Shown in pieces: positions 1 to 9,876 of a stretch of DNA of 53,202 nt. Every line of letters starts with the position of its first letter. The stretch's first letter is position 1. The translations under genes and the position numbers were made by a program. The notes beneath the pieces are model-generated. The model saw only the letters and a list, made by a program, of their open reading frames with translations, made no database searches and was not told the DNA's origin. Source of the DNA: Chromatiales bacterium (GTDB lineage: Bacteria > Pseudomonadota > Gammaproteobacteria > CAMYNG01); assembly GCA_027005735.1 (NCBI GenBank), contig JALTLF010000151.1:1-53202 (forward strand), written 5' to 3'.

Positions 1-7
1 GGGCGGA

Positions 8-96
8 GCCATGCAGCGCATGGCGAAGACCCGGAATCCAGTGGCCAACGCGTTTCTCTGGATTCCGGATACACGCTGCGCGTGTTCCGGAATGAC
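8..96. repeat. Palindromic REP-like element (CCGGAATCCAG...CTGGATTCCGG...TCCGGAATGAC type), probably truncated by the window start
   Basis: CCGGAATCCAG (31-41) is the reverse complement of CTGGATTCCGG (58-68). A nested hairpin ATTCCGGA-t-ACACGC-tgc-GCGTGT-TCCGGAAT spans 62-93 and ends in GAC. A further hairpin GCCATGC/GCATGGC lies at 8-24. Confidence 0.7.
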
Positions 97-118
97 GGCG
101 TGTCGTTGCGGGTTCAAA

Positions 119-143
119 ATCGCACCGAGGCGGCGCTCCTGCA
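119..143 (-). repeat. Degenerate GTAG-family REP-like palindrome
   Basis: Minus strand reads TGCAGGA-GCGCCG-CCT-CGGTGC-GAT, matching the GTAGGA-stem-loop-GAT layout of proteobacterial REPs, with T>C in the tetranucleotide. Confidence 0.45.
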
Positions 144-207
144 GAGGCCTGTTTCAGTACAGAGGGAAAAGATCGATCTTCTCGCACCTCGTCACTCGCC
201 CCTGAAT

Positions 208-1026
208 TCATCGCATCCCCCGCGCGTGCCTGATCTGTTCCCAGGCGGCCTGGATCTCCTGGGTCTTTTCCTTGGCCACGGTGATCATCTCTTCGGGCAG
301 GCCGCGGGCCACCAGCTTGTCGGGGTGGTGCTGGTTCATCAGGCGGCGGTAGGCCTTCTTGACTTCGGCATCACTGGCATCGGGTGAGACACCCAGCGCG
401 CGGTAGGCATCGCCCAGCGTGGGGCCGCGCTGCGCGGCACCACCGCCAGTCCCGGCGCCCGCCTGGCCATGGAATTGCCGCTGGGCGACGACCATGGCCT
501 CCAGTTGTTCATAGACGAAACGCGATACGCGCAGGCATTCACAGACGTGGTGGAGCAGGCGACGCTCGGCCTCGTGCAGCCGGCCGTCGGCAAAGGCGGC
601 ATTGATCTGGATCTCGAGGAACATCTGGATGAGGGTGCGCCGGCCGTGACATTCGCGACGAAACTGTTCCAGTACGTCGTCGAGGGGAAAATCCGGCTGC
701 TTGCCTTCATTGAAGAGATTGATGGCCACCTTGCGCTGTTCCGCATCCAGCGCCATCTCGCGCATGACCGCCTCGGCCATGGCGATCTCATCGCGGCTGA
801 CGCGCCCATCCGCCTTGGCCAGCCGTCCCATGACACTGAACACGGCGGTAAAGAAGGCAGTCTGCACGCGTTGCTGGTCACCGGTCTGCCAGGACCCTGC
901 GCGCGTATCGAGGCCGGCGAGGCCCTCATCGAACGTGTGTCCCACCGCGGCACCCAGGATGGCGCTCACTGGCCCACCCAGCGCGTAACCGAAGGCACCG
1001 CCAATGATCTTGCCCCACCAACTCAC
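208..1026 (-). CDS. djlA: Co-chaperone DjlA (N-terminal TM, TerB-like domain, C-terminal J domain)
   Basis: MSWWGKIIGGAFG N-terminus; AKADGRVS TerB-like motif; J domain with HPD motif (AYRRLMNQHHPDK). Confidence 0.95.
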   Translation of the reverse strand: MSWWGKIIGGAFGYALGGPVSAILGAAVGHTFDEGLAGLDTRAGSWQTGDQQRVQTAFFTAVFSVMGRLAKADGRVSRDEIAMAEAVMREMALDAEQRKVAINLFNEGKQPDFPLDDVLEQFRRECHGRRTLIQMFLEIQINAAFADGRLHEAERRLLHHVCECLRVSRFVYEQLEAMVVAQRQFHGQAGAGTGGGAAQRGPTLGDAYRALGVSPDASDAEVKKAYRRLMNQHHPDKLVARGLPEEMITVAKEKTQEIQAAWEQIRHARGMR

Positions 1027-1268
1027 GATGATCCTCCACTGCCAGAAAAAAGCGCTGATCGTCCAGTACCGGACAGCGACATCTTACCCAGCGCCCGCAT
1101 GGCTTGCACACGCATCGCAGAAATCTGGAATGTCTCTAACTGTCGATACACGTTCGATGGCCGCACGGAAGCAAGCCGGGATAGCTTCTTTCCCCTCCCG
1201 CGCATTGATCACGCTGGCCGATTCTGACAAGATAAGATGCAAATAAGATATAACAAAAGCGAGTTTCG

Positions 1269-2135
1269 ATGCCTTCCACCCCCAAGGCACTGATTGACCA
1301 GAACCTGCGCCTGTTTTCCCTGCCCGAGATCGCCCTGCGCCTCACGGAGATGGTCGAAGATCCGGCTTGCAGCGTGGTGCGGATCGGCGAGGAGATCGCC
1401 CGTGACCCGGGGCTGAGCGCACGCCTGTTGCGCGTGGTCAACAGCCCTGTTTACGGCTTTCCCTCTGAGATCGACAGCATCCCCATGGCCATCACCATCC
1501 TCGGCACGCGGCAATTGCGTGACCTGGTACTGGCGACTTCCGTGTTCCAGGCCTTCGGCAAGGCTGACAGCAGCAAGCAGGACATGGAGGTATTCTGGGT
1601 TCACAGCATCACCTGCGCGCTCGCCGCCCGGGAGATCGCCAACGAACTCAAGCTGGGCTACGGCGAACGCCTCTTTGTCGCCGGCCTGCTGCACGATATC
1701 GGCAAGCTCGTCATGCTGAGCGCATTGCGGCACGAGTACCGTGAACTGATCACGCGACTACAGGACTCGCCCGCCTCCAGCCACGGCTCGCTGGAAAGGG
1801 AGATCTTCGGTTTCGATCACAGTGATATCGGCAGCGAACTGCTTGGCCGCTGGAACCTGCCGGAATCACTCATCGAGCCGGTGCGCTGTCACCACGCTCC
1901 GCAGAAGGCCCGCCAGTTTCGGCCTGACAGCTACATCGTGCACCTGGCCAATCACCTTGCCAACACCATAAGCCCCATCATCAGCCGCGACGACGCCCCC
2001 ATGCTGGCCCCGGAAACCCTGGCCACCCTCACCCTGGACGAAGACGGGCTCGAGGCCGTGGTGGCCCGCACGCGGGAAAAGCAACCGGCGGTCGTGGAGG
2101 TGCTCTACCCGGAAGCCAGAACGGCGACCGGCTAG
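1269..2135 (+). CDS. Stand-alone HDOD domain protein
   Basis: SLPEIA...DPGLSARLLRVVNSP...FWVHS...AGLLHDIGK...GFDHSDIG...WNLPE..HHAP, the typical HDOD motif series. Confidence 0.88.
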   Translation: MPSTPKALIDQNLRLFSLPEIALRLTEMVEDPACSVVRIGEEIARDPGLSARLLRVVNSPVYGFPSEIDSIPMAITILGTRQLRDLVLATSVFQAFGKADSSKQDMEVFWVHSITCALAAREIANELKLGYGERLFVAGLLHDIGKLVMLSALRHEYRELITRLQDSPASSHGSLEREIFGFDHSDIGSELLGRWNLPESLIEPVRCHHAPQKARQFRPDSYIVHLANHLANTISPIISRDDAPMLAPETLATLTLDEDGLEAVVARTREKQPAVVEVLYPEARTATG

Positions 2136-2217
2136 CCCGACCGGGAACAGGCGCGGGAAACAGACGCCGGATCCGGCGTTCCGAATTCCACTGCCGTTCA
2201 CGGATCCCGGACTCTCG

Positions 2218-2265
2218 CCGGGTGGCTCCCGCCACCCGGATGAGGTCACCCGGACATCTCCGGGT
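2218..2265. terminator. GC-rich hairpins between the convergent HDOD and DUF302 genes
   Basis: CCGGGTGGC-tccc-GCCACCCGG and ACCCGGA-catc-TCCGGGT stems. There is no long U-tract, so terminator function is uncertain. Confidence 0.35.
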
Positions 2266-2649
2266 TTAGAGGGCGGCACATACCCGTTGCAGTCGCTCGC
2301 GCACTTCGCCGGCGAGTTCCTCGATACCTTCCTTGTCCACCAGGCCAAGGACAGCGGCCGGATCCATGAAGGCGACCACAACGGAGCCATCTTCTTCCTC
2401 GCGCACGACGACGTTGCAGGGCAGGAGCAGGCCGATGTCGGGATCGGCGCTCAGGGCCTTGTTGGCCAGTACCGGATTACAGGCACCGAGGATCTTGTAG
2501 GGGCGCTTGTCGATATCGAGCTTCTTCTTCATCACTGCCTTGACATCGATCTCGGTCAACACACCAAAGCCTTCCTTCTGCAACTCCTCGGTAACCTTCT
2601 CGACAGCCGCGTCGAAACCAAGTTGGGTCTTCGTGTCGAATCCATACAT
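2266..2649 (-). CDS. DUF302 domain protein
   Basis: [10 protein letters not shown]...YKILGACNP...[11 protein letters not shown]...MDP signature. Confidence 0.9.
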   Translation of the reverse strand: MYGFDTKTQLGFDAAVEKVTEELQKEGFGVLTEIDVKAVMKKKLDIDKRPYKILGACNPVLANKALSADPDIGLLLPCNVVVREEEDGSVVVAFMDPAAVLGLVDKEGIEELAGEVRERLQRVCAAL

Positions 2650-2678
2650 GCCTGCGATCTCCAGTTAAGTTTGTACGC

Positions 2679-3167
2679 TCATTTCGGTGGATTGGCCTCC
2701 CGCCAGGTCCGGTAGATCTCTTCCGGCCAGCGGGAAATGATCCAGTCGATGATAGCATCAATTTCCTCGTCGCTCAGTTTCTGCTTCCATGCCGGCATGC
2801 CCCCACCCTGGGCAAGGGTTCCGTTGCGGATGACGCCCTTGAGAACGTCACGCGAGTGATGCCAGGTGTGTGCAGTACCATTGAGGGGTGGCGGCGGGAA
2901 CCTGCCCTGGGCATTACGACGCTGCCAGTTGGGATCGCCCTCGGCTTCCCTGCCGTGGCAAACTGCGCAATTTTCACGGTACAAGCGCCCACCCGTCACC
3001 ACGCGCCCGAATTCCAGGCCACGGTCCAGCGGCGCGGAACCGGGCGGCGCGGTCGCCGGCGTGTGCGCCGCCGGCGGGCGGGCGGCCTGCCGCGGTGTAT
3101 CAGCTTCCGGTGAACAGGCCGCCAGCCCCAGCAGGGAGAGCACCACAATGAGGTTCCTGAGCTTCAT
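2679..3167 (-). CDS. Lipoprotein monoheme cytochrome c
   Basis: Lipobox LAAC; heme motif CAVCH; PPPLNGTAHTWHH segment; distal Met in GGMPAW. Confidence 0.88.
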   Translation of the reverse strand: MKLRNLIVVLSLLGLAACSPEADTPRQAARPPAAHTPATAPPGSAPLDRGLEFGRVVTGGRLYRENCAVCHGREAEGDPNWQRRNAQGRFPPPPLNGTAHTWHHSRDVLKGVIRNGTLAQGGGMPAWKQKLSDEEIDAIIDWIISRWPEEIYRTWREANPPK

Positions 3168-3188
3168 GATGTTATTCCTCCCTGCAAT

Positions 3189-6100
3189 TCACGAGTCTGC
3201 CTTGAGCTGGCGCTTGCGCCACAGCAGGAATACCGCCGGCAGCACCACCAGGGTGAGGACGGTGGCCGAGACCATGCCGCCCACCATGGGCGCGGCGATG
3301 CGGCGCATGACCTCGGAGCCCGTGCCGCCGCCGAACATGATGGGCAGCAGGCCGGCGATGATGGCCGTCACCGTCATCATGATGGGCCGCACGCGCAGCA
3401 GGGCGCCCTCGGTGACCGCCTCCTGCAGTTCTTCCAGACTCAGGTGATGCACATGGCCCGCCTGCGCCTGACGGCGATGCAGGGCCTGGTTGAGATAGAC
3501 CAGCATGATGACGCCGATCTCCACCGCCACACCGGCCAGCGCGATGAAGCCCACGCCCACCGCCACGGACATGTTGTAGCCCAGCAGGTAGAGTAGCCAG
3601 TAGCCACCCAGCAGGGCCAGCGGCAGGGTGCCCATGATGATCATGACCTCGGTGAAGTTACGGAAGTTGAGGTACAGCAGGAGGATGATGATCACCAGGG
3701 TCAGGGGCACCACGATCATCAGGCGTTCCTTGGCACGCACCATGTACTCGTACTGGCCGGACCAGGAAACGGAGTAGCCGGGTGGCAGTTCCACCTGTTC
3801 CGCCACTGCGCGCTGGGCGCGCTCGACGTAGGAGCCGATGCCAACACCGTCCTCGAGATCCACGAAGGTCCAGCCGTTGGGACGCGCATTCTCGCTCTTG
3901 ATCATGGCCGGCCCGTCCTCGACACGGATGTGCGCCACTTCACCCAGGGCGATGCGCGCCCCGCGTGGCGTGACAATGGGCAGGTTACGCAGGCGGTCCA
4001 CCGAGTCGCGCACCTCACGCGGGTAACGCACGTTGATGGGATAACGCTCCAGTCCCTCCACGCTCTCGGCGACGTTCATGCCACCCACGGCGGTGCGCAC
4101 CACGTCCTGCACGTCGGCGATATTCAGGCCGAAACGCGAGGCGGCGACGCGATCGATATCGACGGTGACGTAACGTCCGCCCACGGTGCGTTCCGAGAAG
4201 GCCGACAGGGTACCCGGTACGGTCTGCACCACCTCCTCGATACGCTTGCCGATCTCCTGGATGACATTGAGATCGGGACCCGAGACCTTGATACCCACCG
4301 GGGTCTTGATACCCGTGGCCAGCATGTCGATGCGGGTCTTGATGGGCCACACCCAGGCATTGGTCAGGCCCGGGAACTTGAGGAGGGCGTTGAATTCCTC
4401 CTTGAGTTTCGCCACCGTCATGCCCTCGCGCCACTCGCTGCGGGGTTTGAGCAGCACGGTGGTCTCGATCATGGTCAGGGGCGCCGGATCGGTGGCGGTA
4501 TCGGCACGGCCGATCTTGCCGAACACGCGCTTGACCTCGGGCACGGTGCGAATGAGGCGATCCGTCTGTTGCAGGATCTGCTGCGCCTTGCCCACCGAGA
4601 TCCCCGGGAAGGTGGTCGGCATGTACATCATGTCGCCCTCGTCGAGATCGGGCATGAATTCCGAATCGACATTCATGATGGGGACGATGATGGTCACGGC
4701 CGCCACCAGGGCGATGACCAGCACGGTACCGGGGCGCCGCAGGACGAAATTGATGAATGGCCGATAACCTGCGATGAGCACGCGGTTGACGGGATTCTCG
4801 TGCTCCGGCCGGATATGCCCGCGGATGAAATACCCCATCAATACCGGCACCAGGGTTATGGAGAGCCCCGCCGCCGCGGCCATGGCATAGGTCTTGGTAA
4901 AGGCCAGCGGCGCGAACAGGCGACCCTCCTGCGCCTCCAGGGTAAATACCGGCAGGAAGGACAGGGTGATGATCAGCAGGGAGAAGAACAACGGTGGGCC
5001 CACTTCGCGGGTCGCCTCGCGCATGATACGCCAGCGGTTTTCGTCGGTGAGCGGTTCCTTCTCGATGTGCTTGTGCACATTCTCGATCATGACGATGGCC
5101 GCATCCACCATGGCGCCGATGGCAATGGCGATACCGCCCAGCGACATGATATTGGCATTGATGCCCTGGGCATGCATGATGACGAACGCCGCCAGGATAC
5201 CGATGGGCAAGCTGATGATGGCCACCAGCGCCGAGCGCAGGTGGAACAGGAACACCGCGCACACCAGGGCGACGACGAGGAACTCCTCCAGCAGCTTGCC
5301 GTTGAGCGTATCCACCGCGCGCTCGATGAGCTGGGAGCGATCATAGGTCTCGACGATCTCCACGCCTTCCGGCAGGCCGGCCTGCAGCTCCTTCAGCTTG
5401 CGCTTGACGCCTTCGATGGTGGTCAGGGCATTTTCGCCGAAACGCATGACGATGATGCCGCCGACGACTTCACCCTCGCCGTCCAGTTCGGCGATGCCGC
5501 GGCGCATTTGCGGCCCGATACGCACCTCGGCGACATCCTTGAGCAGGATGGGCGTGCCACGATCATTGACGCCGAGGGGAATACGCCGCAGGTCGTCGAG
5601 ATCGTCGATATATCCCGTGGCGCGTACCATGAACTCCGCCTCGGCCATCTCGATGACCGATCCCCCCACTTCCTGGTTGGCACGCTTGATGGCCATGCGC
5701 ACCTTCTGCAGGGGCAGGTTGTAGGCGCGCAGGCGGTCCGGATCCAGCACCACCTGGTACTGCTTTACCATGCCGCCTATGGTGGCCACCTCGGAGACCC
5801 CTTCGACGGTCTGCAGCTCGTACTTCAGGAACCAGTCCTGCAGGGAACGCAGCTGCGCCAGGTCGTTCTGGCCGGTGCGATCCACCAGGGCATATTCATA
5901 GACCCAGCCGACGCCGGTGGCATCCGGGCCAAGGGCGGAGCGGGCCTCGGGCGGCAGGCGGCTGGCCACCTGGCTGAGGTACTCCAGCACGCGGGAACGC
6001 GCCCAGTAGGGATCCGTGCCGTCTTCGAAGATGATATACACGTAGGAATCATTGAAGAAGGAGTAGCCCCGCACGGTCACCGCCCCCGGCACCGACAGCA

Positions 6101-6317
6101 TGGCGGTGGTCAGGGGATAGGTGACCTGGTCCTCCACCACCCGGGGCGCCTGCCCCGGGTAGGTGGTCTTGATGATGACCTGTACGTCGGAGAGATCGGG
6201 GATGGCGTCCAGCGGCGTGTTCTTCACCGCGTACAGGCCCCAGCCGATCAACACCACGGTCAACAACAGAACCAGGAAGCGGTTCCCCAGTGACCAGTCA
6301 ATAATGCGATTGATCAT
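3189..6317 (-). CDS. cusA: Cu(I)/Ag(I) efflux RND permease CusA/SilA
   Basis: LDAIPDLSDVQVII N-terminal motif; Met-triad contexts YMPTT, APLTMIET and RIDMLATG; 1042 aa. Confidence 0.95.
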   Translation of the reverse strand: MINRIIDWSLGNRFLVLLLTVVLIGWGLYAVKNTPLDAIPDLSDVQVIIKTTYPGQAPRVVEDQVTYPLTTAMLSVPGAVTVRGYSFFNDSYVYIIFEDGTDPYWARSRVLEYLSQVASRLPPEARSALGPDATGVGWVYEYALVDRTGQNDLAQLRSLQDWFLKYELQTVEGVSEVATIGGMVKQYQVVLDPDRLRAYNLPLQKVRMAIKRANQEVGGSVIEMAEAEFMVRATGYIDDLDDLRRIPLGVNDRGTPILLKDVAEVRIGPQMRRGIAELDGEGEVVGGIIVMRFGENALTTIEGVKRKLKELQAGLPEGVEIVETYDRSQLIERAVDTLNGKLLEEFLVVALVCAVFLFHLRSALVAIISLPIGILAAFVIMHAQGINANIMSLGGIAIAIGAMVDAAIVMIENVHKHIEKEPLTDENRWRIMREATREVGPPLFFSLLIITLSFLPVFTLEAQEGRLFAPLAFTKTYAMAAAAGLSITLVPVLMGYFIRGHIRPEHENPVNRVLIAGYRPFINFVLRRPGTVLVIALVAAVTIIVPIMNVDSEFMPDLDEGDMMYMPTTFPGISVGKAQQILQQTDRLIRTVPEVKRVFGKIGRADTATDPAPLTMIETTVLLKPRSEWREGMTVAKLKEEFNALLKFPGLTNAWVWPIKTRIDMLATGIKTPVGIKVSGPDLNVIQEIGKRIEEVVQTVPGTLSAFSERTVGGRYVTVDIDRVAASRFGLNIADVQDVVRTAVGGMNVAESVEGLERYPINVRYPREVRDSVDRLRNLPIVTPRGARIALGEVAHIRVEDGPAMIKSENARPNGWTFVDLEDGVGIGSYVERAQRAVAEQVELPPGYSVSWSGQYEYMVRAKERLMIVVPLTLVIIILLLYLNFRNFTEVMIIMGTLPLALLGGYWLLYLLGYNMSVAVGVGFIALAGVAVEIGVIMLVYLNQALHRRQAQAGHVHHLSLEELQEAVTEGALLRVRPIMMTVTAIIAGLLPIMFGGGTGSEVMRRIAAPMVGGMVSATVLTLVVLPAVFLLWRKRQLKADS

Positions 6318-6329
6318 GATCGGCTCCCC

Positions 6330-7976
6330 TTAGTCCATTTTCATGATGGATTTGATGACATAGCCGTGGGTGGTCTCCTCCAGCTCGAAGTGCACCTTGT
6401 CTTCGGGCTTGAGAGCGGAGAGATCCACGTCCTCGGCAACATTGAAGAACATGGTCATCTCGGGCCATTCCAGCGCGGGAATGGGATCATGAGTTATCTT
6501 GATGCGCGCCTCGTCCGGGAGCACCTCGCGCACCACGCCCATGCCCATGACACCGGGCGCCGCCATGTCGTGACCGGCCTGCGCCTCGGCAGGGGGCTCG
6601 GCAGCGGCCTGCGGCGCCGTCATGCGCGCCAGGCTAGCCTTGAGGCTGGCCTCGGAATCGATGAGGAACTGGGCCGAGGTCACCACCATCTCGCCTGCGG
6701 CGAGGCCTTCCTTGATCTCGATATAGTCACCGGACTCGATACCGGCTACCACCGGGCGCGCGGCAAAGCGCCCTTCGCCCAGGGCTACAATGACGCGCTC
6801 CTCGCTGCCGGTACGGATCAATGCCTCGCGCGGGATGGAGACGACGTTCTCTTTGGCGCCACCATAGATGTGCACGGCGGCAAACATGCCCGGCTTGAGC
6901 GACTCGCCGGGGTTGTCGAAACGCAGGCGTGCGCGCAGGGTACGGGTCTTGGGATCGAGATTCGGGTAGATGTATTCCACCTTGCCTTCCCAGACGAAAC
7001 CCGGCAGATATCCGAGACGCACCTCGGCGTTCTGTCCGACCTTGACCCAGTCGGCCTGGCTCTCGAAGACCTCGGCAAGCAACCACACCGAGGAGAGATC
7101 CGCCAGGCTCATGACCTTCATCTTGGGCGTGACATACATGCCTTCGCGGATGCTCAGGTCCTCGATGATGCCGTCCTGGGAGGCATAGACCTTGACGTAC
7201 TGGTCGATCTCCCGCGTGCGACTGAGGCGCTTGATCTGCGACTGGGCGAAACCCAGCGCCACGAGGCGCTCGCGCGAGGCGCGGATGAGACGCTGGTTGC
7301 CGGTACGCAGGGCCTGTATGTATTCCTCCTGGGCATTGACCAGTTCGGGAGAATAGACCTCGAACAGCAACTGCCCCTTCCTGACCCGCTCGCCCTCGGA
7401 CTTGACCAGCAGTTTCTCGATCCAGCCCCGGGTACGCAGGTGGATATGGGTGATGAGGTTTTCATTGAAGTCCACGTAGCCCACCGTGTCGATACGGCGC
7501 CACAGCTTGCCCACTTCCGCCTGCGCGGTACGCACGCCGAGGTTGTTCTCCACCGCCGGCGAGATACGCACCGTGGGACCCTCGTCGCCGCCACCGGCCT
7601 CATCGGCATACACCGGGATGTAGTCCATGCCCATGTCGTCCTTCATGGGAACCTTGGAGGTGATCGCCGGGTTCATGGGATTGCGGTAGAACAGAATACG
7701 GCGTTCGCCACCGCCACCCGCCGCGGCCTGGGCCTGGGGTTCGGCCTCCTTTTCCACCAGCGTCATGCCGCAGATGGGGCAGGAACCCGGCTTGTCGCGG
7801 ATGATATTGGGGTGCATGGGGCAGACATACTTGGGATCCAGGTGTGCCTCGGCATGCTCCAGCGCCGTCTCCGGGGCCGCGCCCTCGGCCGGGGTCTGCT
7901 CGTCGCTGCAGGCCGCCAGTGCAAGAACCAGCAGGCCGACAAGGGAAAGACTCAGAACTCGCCAAACGGTTTTCAT
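6330..7976 (-). CDS. cusB: CusB-type RND periplasmic adaptor with two N-terminal heavy-metal-binding domains and a fused C-terminal CusF-like domain
   Basis: Lipobox LAAC; YVCPMHP...CPICGM; YRNPMNP...[11 protein letters not shown]; MFP core (GWIEKL..YSPELV..QEEY; [10 protein letters not shown]); C-terminal [18 protein letters not shown] (CusF H/W/MxM site). Confidence 0.92.
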   Translation of the reverse strand: MKTVWRVLSLSLVGLLVLALAACSDEQTPAEGAAPETALEHAEAHLDPKYVCPMHPNIIRDKPGSCPICGMTLVEKEAEPQAQAAAGGGGERRILFYRNPMNPAITSKVPMKDDMGMDYIPVYADEAGGGDEGPTVRISPAVENNLGVRTAQAEVGKLWRRIDTVGYVDFNENLITHIHLRTRGWIEKLLVKSEGERVRKGQLLFEVYSPELVNAQEEYIQALRTGNQRLIRASRERLVALGFAQSQIKRLSRTREIDQYVKVYASQDGIIEDLSIREGMYVTPKMKVMSLADLSSVWLLAEVFESQADWVKVGQNAEVRLGYLPGFVWEGKVEYIYPNLDPKTRTLRARLRFDNPGESLKPGMFAAVHIYGGAKENVVSIPREALIRTGSEERVIVALGEGRFAARPVVAGIESGDYIEIKEGLAAGEMVVTSAQFLIDSEASLKASLARMTAPQAAAEPPAEAQAGHDMAAPGVMGMGVVREVLPDEARIKITHDPIPALEWPEMTMFFNVAEDVDLSALKPEDKVHFELEETTHGYVIKSIMKMD

Positions 7977-9271
7977 CGCTCTTCTCCAAGAAGGTAGTTC
8001 AGACCGGCCTGTACCTTGGCGCGGTCGATCTTGAGGCGCAGGGCCTTCAGTTCGGTTTCAAATTCGACAATGCGCGCGCGCACGAGGGTGAGGAAATCGC
8101 CCTCGTCGGACTGGTAGGCGCTGAGTGCCGCACTGGCGTTTTCGTTGGAACGCGGGATCAGTTCACGCTGGTAGTACTGGATACGTTCATCGAGGCTGAC
8201 GCGATCCGCCTCCAGTCGCTCGAACATGCGCTTGAGGGACAGACGCTGATCGGCGAGGCGGTATTCCGCCGCGTTGCGTTCGTGTTCCCGCGCATTGAGG
8301 ATGCGGTCCTGCCGGTTGCCGGTGAACAGGGGAACGTCGAGGACCACCATGGCGGAGACGAAATCGGTCCGCGCCGTGCCATTGGGGTTCAGGCCGTCCC
8401 GGCTGCCATAGGTGATATCCACCATCCAGCCGGGGCTATAGGCCTCGCGCGCGAGATCCACGCCGTCGTTGCTCACCGCCACTTCCTGCTGGGCCGCCCT
8501 GATGAGGGGGTGAGCGGTGAGAACTTCCTGCAGGCCGGCGTTCCGCGACGGCGGAATGGCAGGCAGCCGGGCGGAGAGTGCGCGCGCCGCATGTTCGCTG
8601 CCGATCCAGCGCGCCAGTTGAGCGCGCATGCGTTCCTGGCGATTGCGAATGCGTTCTTCGCGGTCCTCGAGCAGGCCGTATTCCAGTTGCGCCTGGATGT
8701 AGTCCTGCTGCTTGCCGCGGCCGGCGGCGTACTGGCCTTCGGTGATGTCCAGCAACTGCTGGAACAGGCCGCGCGTCTTGCGCACGATGTTTTCCGCCTC
8801 GCGCCAGTAATAGACCTCCAGCCAGGCCTCGCGGACCGAACGCAACACCATGCGGCGGCGGTTCTCGGCCCGCGCCTCGGCAACGCCGGACATGTTGCCG
8901 GCACGGCGGGCGCGGATCTCCAGGGTGTCGCCGCGGGGGAACATCTGCCGGATGCCGATCTGCATCTGGGTCATGGCTTCCTGGTCCAGCCGGTAGGAAT
9001 CGACAGGCACGTTCATGGCCCCCAGCTTCAGCTGCGGGTCGGGCAGGGTATCGGCGGCGATGCGCTGTTCCTGGAAGGAACGCACCTGCTCGCCGAGGGC
9101 GCTGATCAGGGGATCCTGCCGTAGCGCCAGATCCTCTGCCTCGCGCAGTCCCAGCGCCACACCCAGCTCAGCAGCGTGGACGCTGCCGCCGGCCCACAGG
9201 CTCATGCCCATCAATAGCCCGGCCATCAGGCCCGGCCAGGCACCGGGCCTGGTCAAAATTTGCACTCTCAT
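7973..9271 (-). CDS. cusC: TolC/CusC-family outer-membrane efflux protein
   Basis: Signal peptide; LPDPQL...[13 protein letters not shown]; DVPLF; stop overlaps the cusB start (ATGA). Confidence 0.85.
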   Translation of the reverse strand: MRVQILTRPGAWPGLMAGLLMGMSLWAGGSVHAAELGVALGLREAEDLALRQDPLISALGEQVRSFQEQRIAADTLPDPQLKLGAMNVPVDSYRLDQEAMTQMQIGIRQMFPRGDTLEIRARRAGNMSGVAEARAENRRRMVLRSVREAWLEVYYWREAENIVRKTRGLFQQLLDITEGQYAAGRGKQQDYIQAQLEYGLLEDREERIRNRQERMRAQLARWIGSEHAARALSARLPAIPPSRNAGLQEVLTAHPLIRAAQQEVAVSNDGVDLAREAYSPGWMVDITYGSRDGLNPNGTARTDFVSAMVVLDVPLFTGNRQDRILNAREHERNAAEYRLADQRLSLKRMFERLEADRVSLDERIQYYQRELIPRSNENASAALSAYQSDEGDFLTLVRARIVEFETELKALRLKIDRAKVQAGLNYLLGEER

Positions 9272-9428
9272 GTTGAAAATCCCTCGCGATACGAAATCCG
9301 TAAATCCTGCATTCTAGTCCAGTGATCAGCAGGCAGATACCGTCCATTGACCCGTTCCCTGCCGCATCGGCAAACCGACAGGCAAACCAGGGAGGTGTTT
9401 CGGCGAGAAAACCGGGGTATCCGCCCGA

Positions 9429-9785
9429 TCAGGCGGCAGGCCGGGGAGGCCGGAGATACGGTCGTGAGTCGAGGTGGGTGGGAATGGCGTGGCCTTCGGC
9501 GCTCAGGGTGTCCGGCCCGGGGACAATCTCGGCGCGTACATGCACGAGTAGCGCCCCGGTGACGAAGCTGGCGCACATGTCACACTGGCTGGGACAGGCC
9601 TGCTCGCAGCACTGGTGGGCATCCTGCTCGTGGGACGCGCAGGCGCGATCATGGCCGGCAGAGGCCGACAGCGTCGCGTTGTCGCCCGCGGGCGCGGGCA
9701 TGCCCGCCATCACCGGCAGGGGCACCGCCACCGCCAGCGACAGCAGAAGGTAGAAACGCGCTGCCTGTTTGAGAAATCCCGTCAT
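9429..9785 (-). CDS. Small exported Cys/His-rich leader protein, CopL/DUF2946-like
   Basis: ATG at 9785 preferred over TTG at 9893, which overlaps the predicted promoter. Signal peptide FYLLLSLAVAVPLPVMA; HDRACASHEQDAHQCCEQACPSQCDMC; C-terminal YLRPPRPAA. Confidence 0.7.
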   Translation of the reverse strand: MTGFLKQAARFYLLLSLAVAVPLPVMAGMPAPAGDNATLSASAGHDRACASHEQDAHQCCEQACPSQCDMCASFVTGALLVHVRAEIVPGPDTLSAEGHAIPTHLDSRPYLRPPRPAA

Positions 9786-9876
9786 ATGTCCGCTAAACAA
9801 TAGAGCAACATCAGCTGTGGTCGCTTCGGTGGGACCCCATTGTTGCCGCCACGCATGACCAGCAAGTGTAGGCCAT

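Noticed and set aside
2136-2217. Possible heptamer periodicity after the HDOD stop
   Set aside because: Periodicity is too weak by eye compared with the djlA, gap and ahcY cases.
2266-9785. cus operon as a recently acquired genomic island
   Set aside because: No integrase, IS, tRNA or att-like direct repeats, and composition looks like the flanks by eye (not computed).
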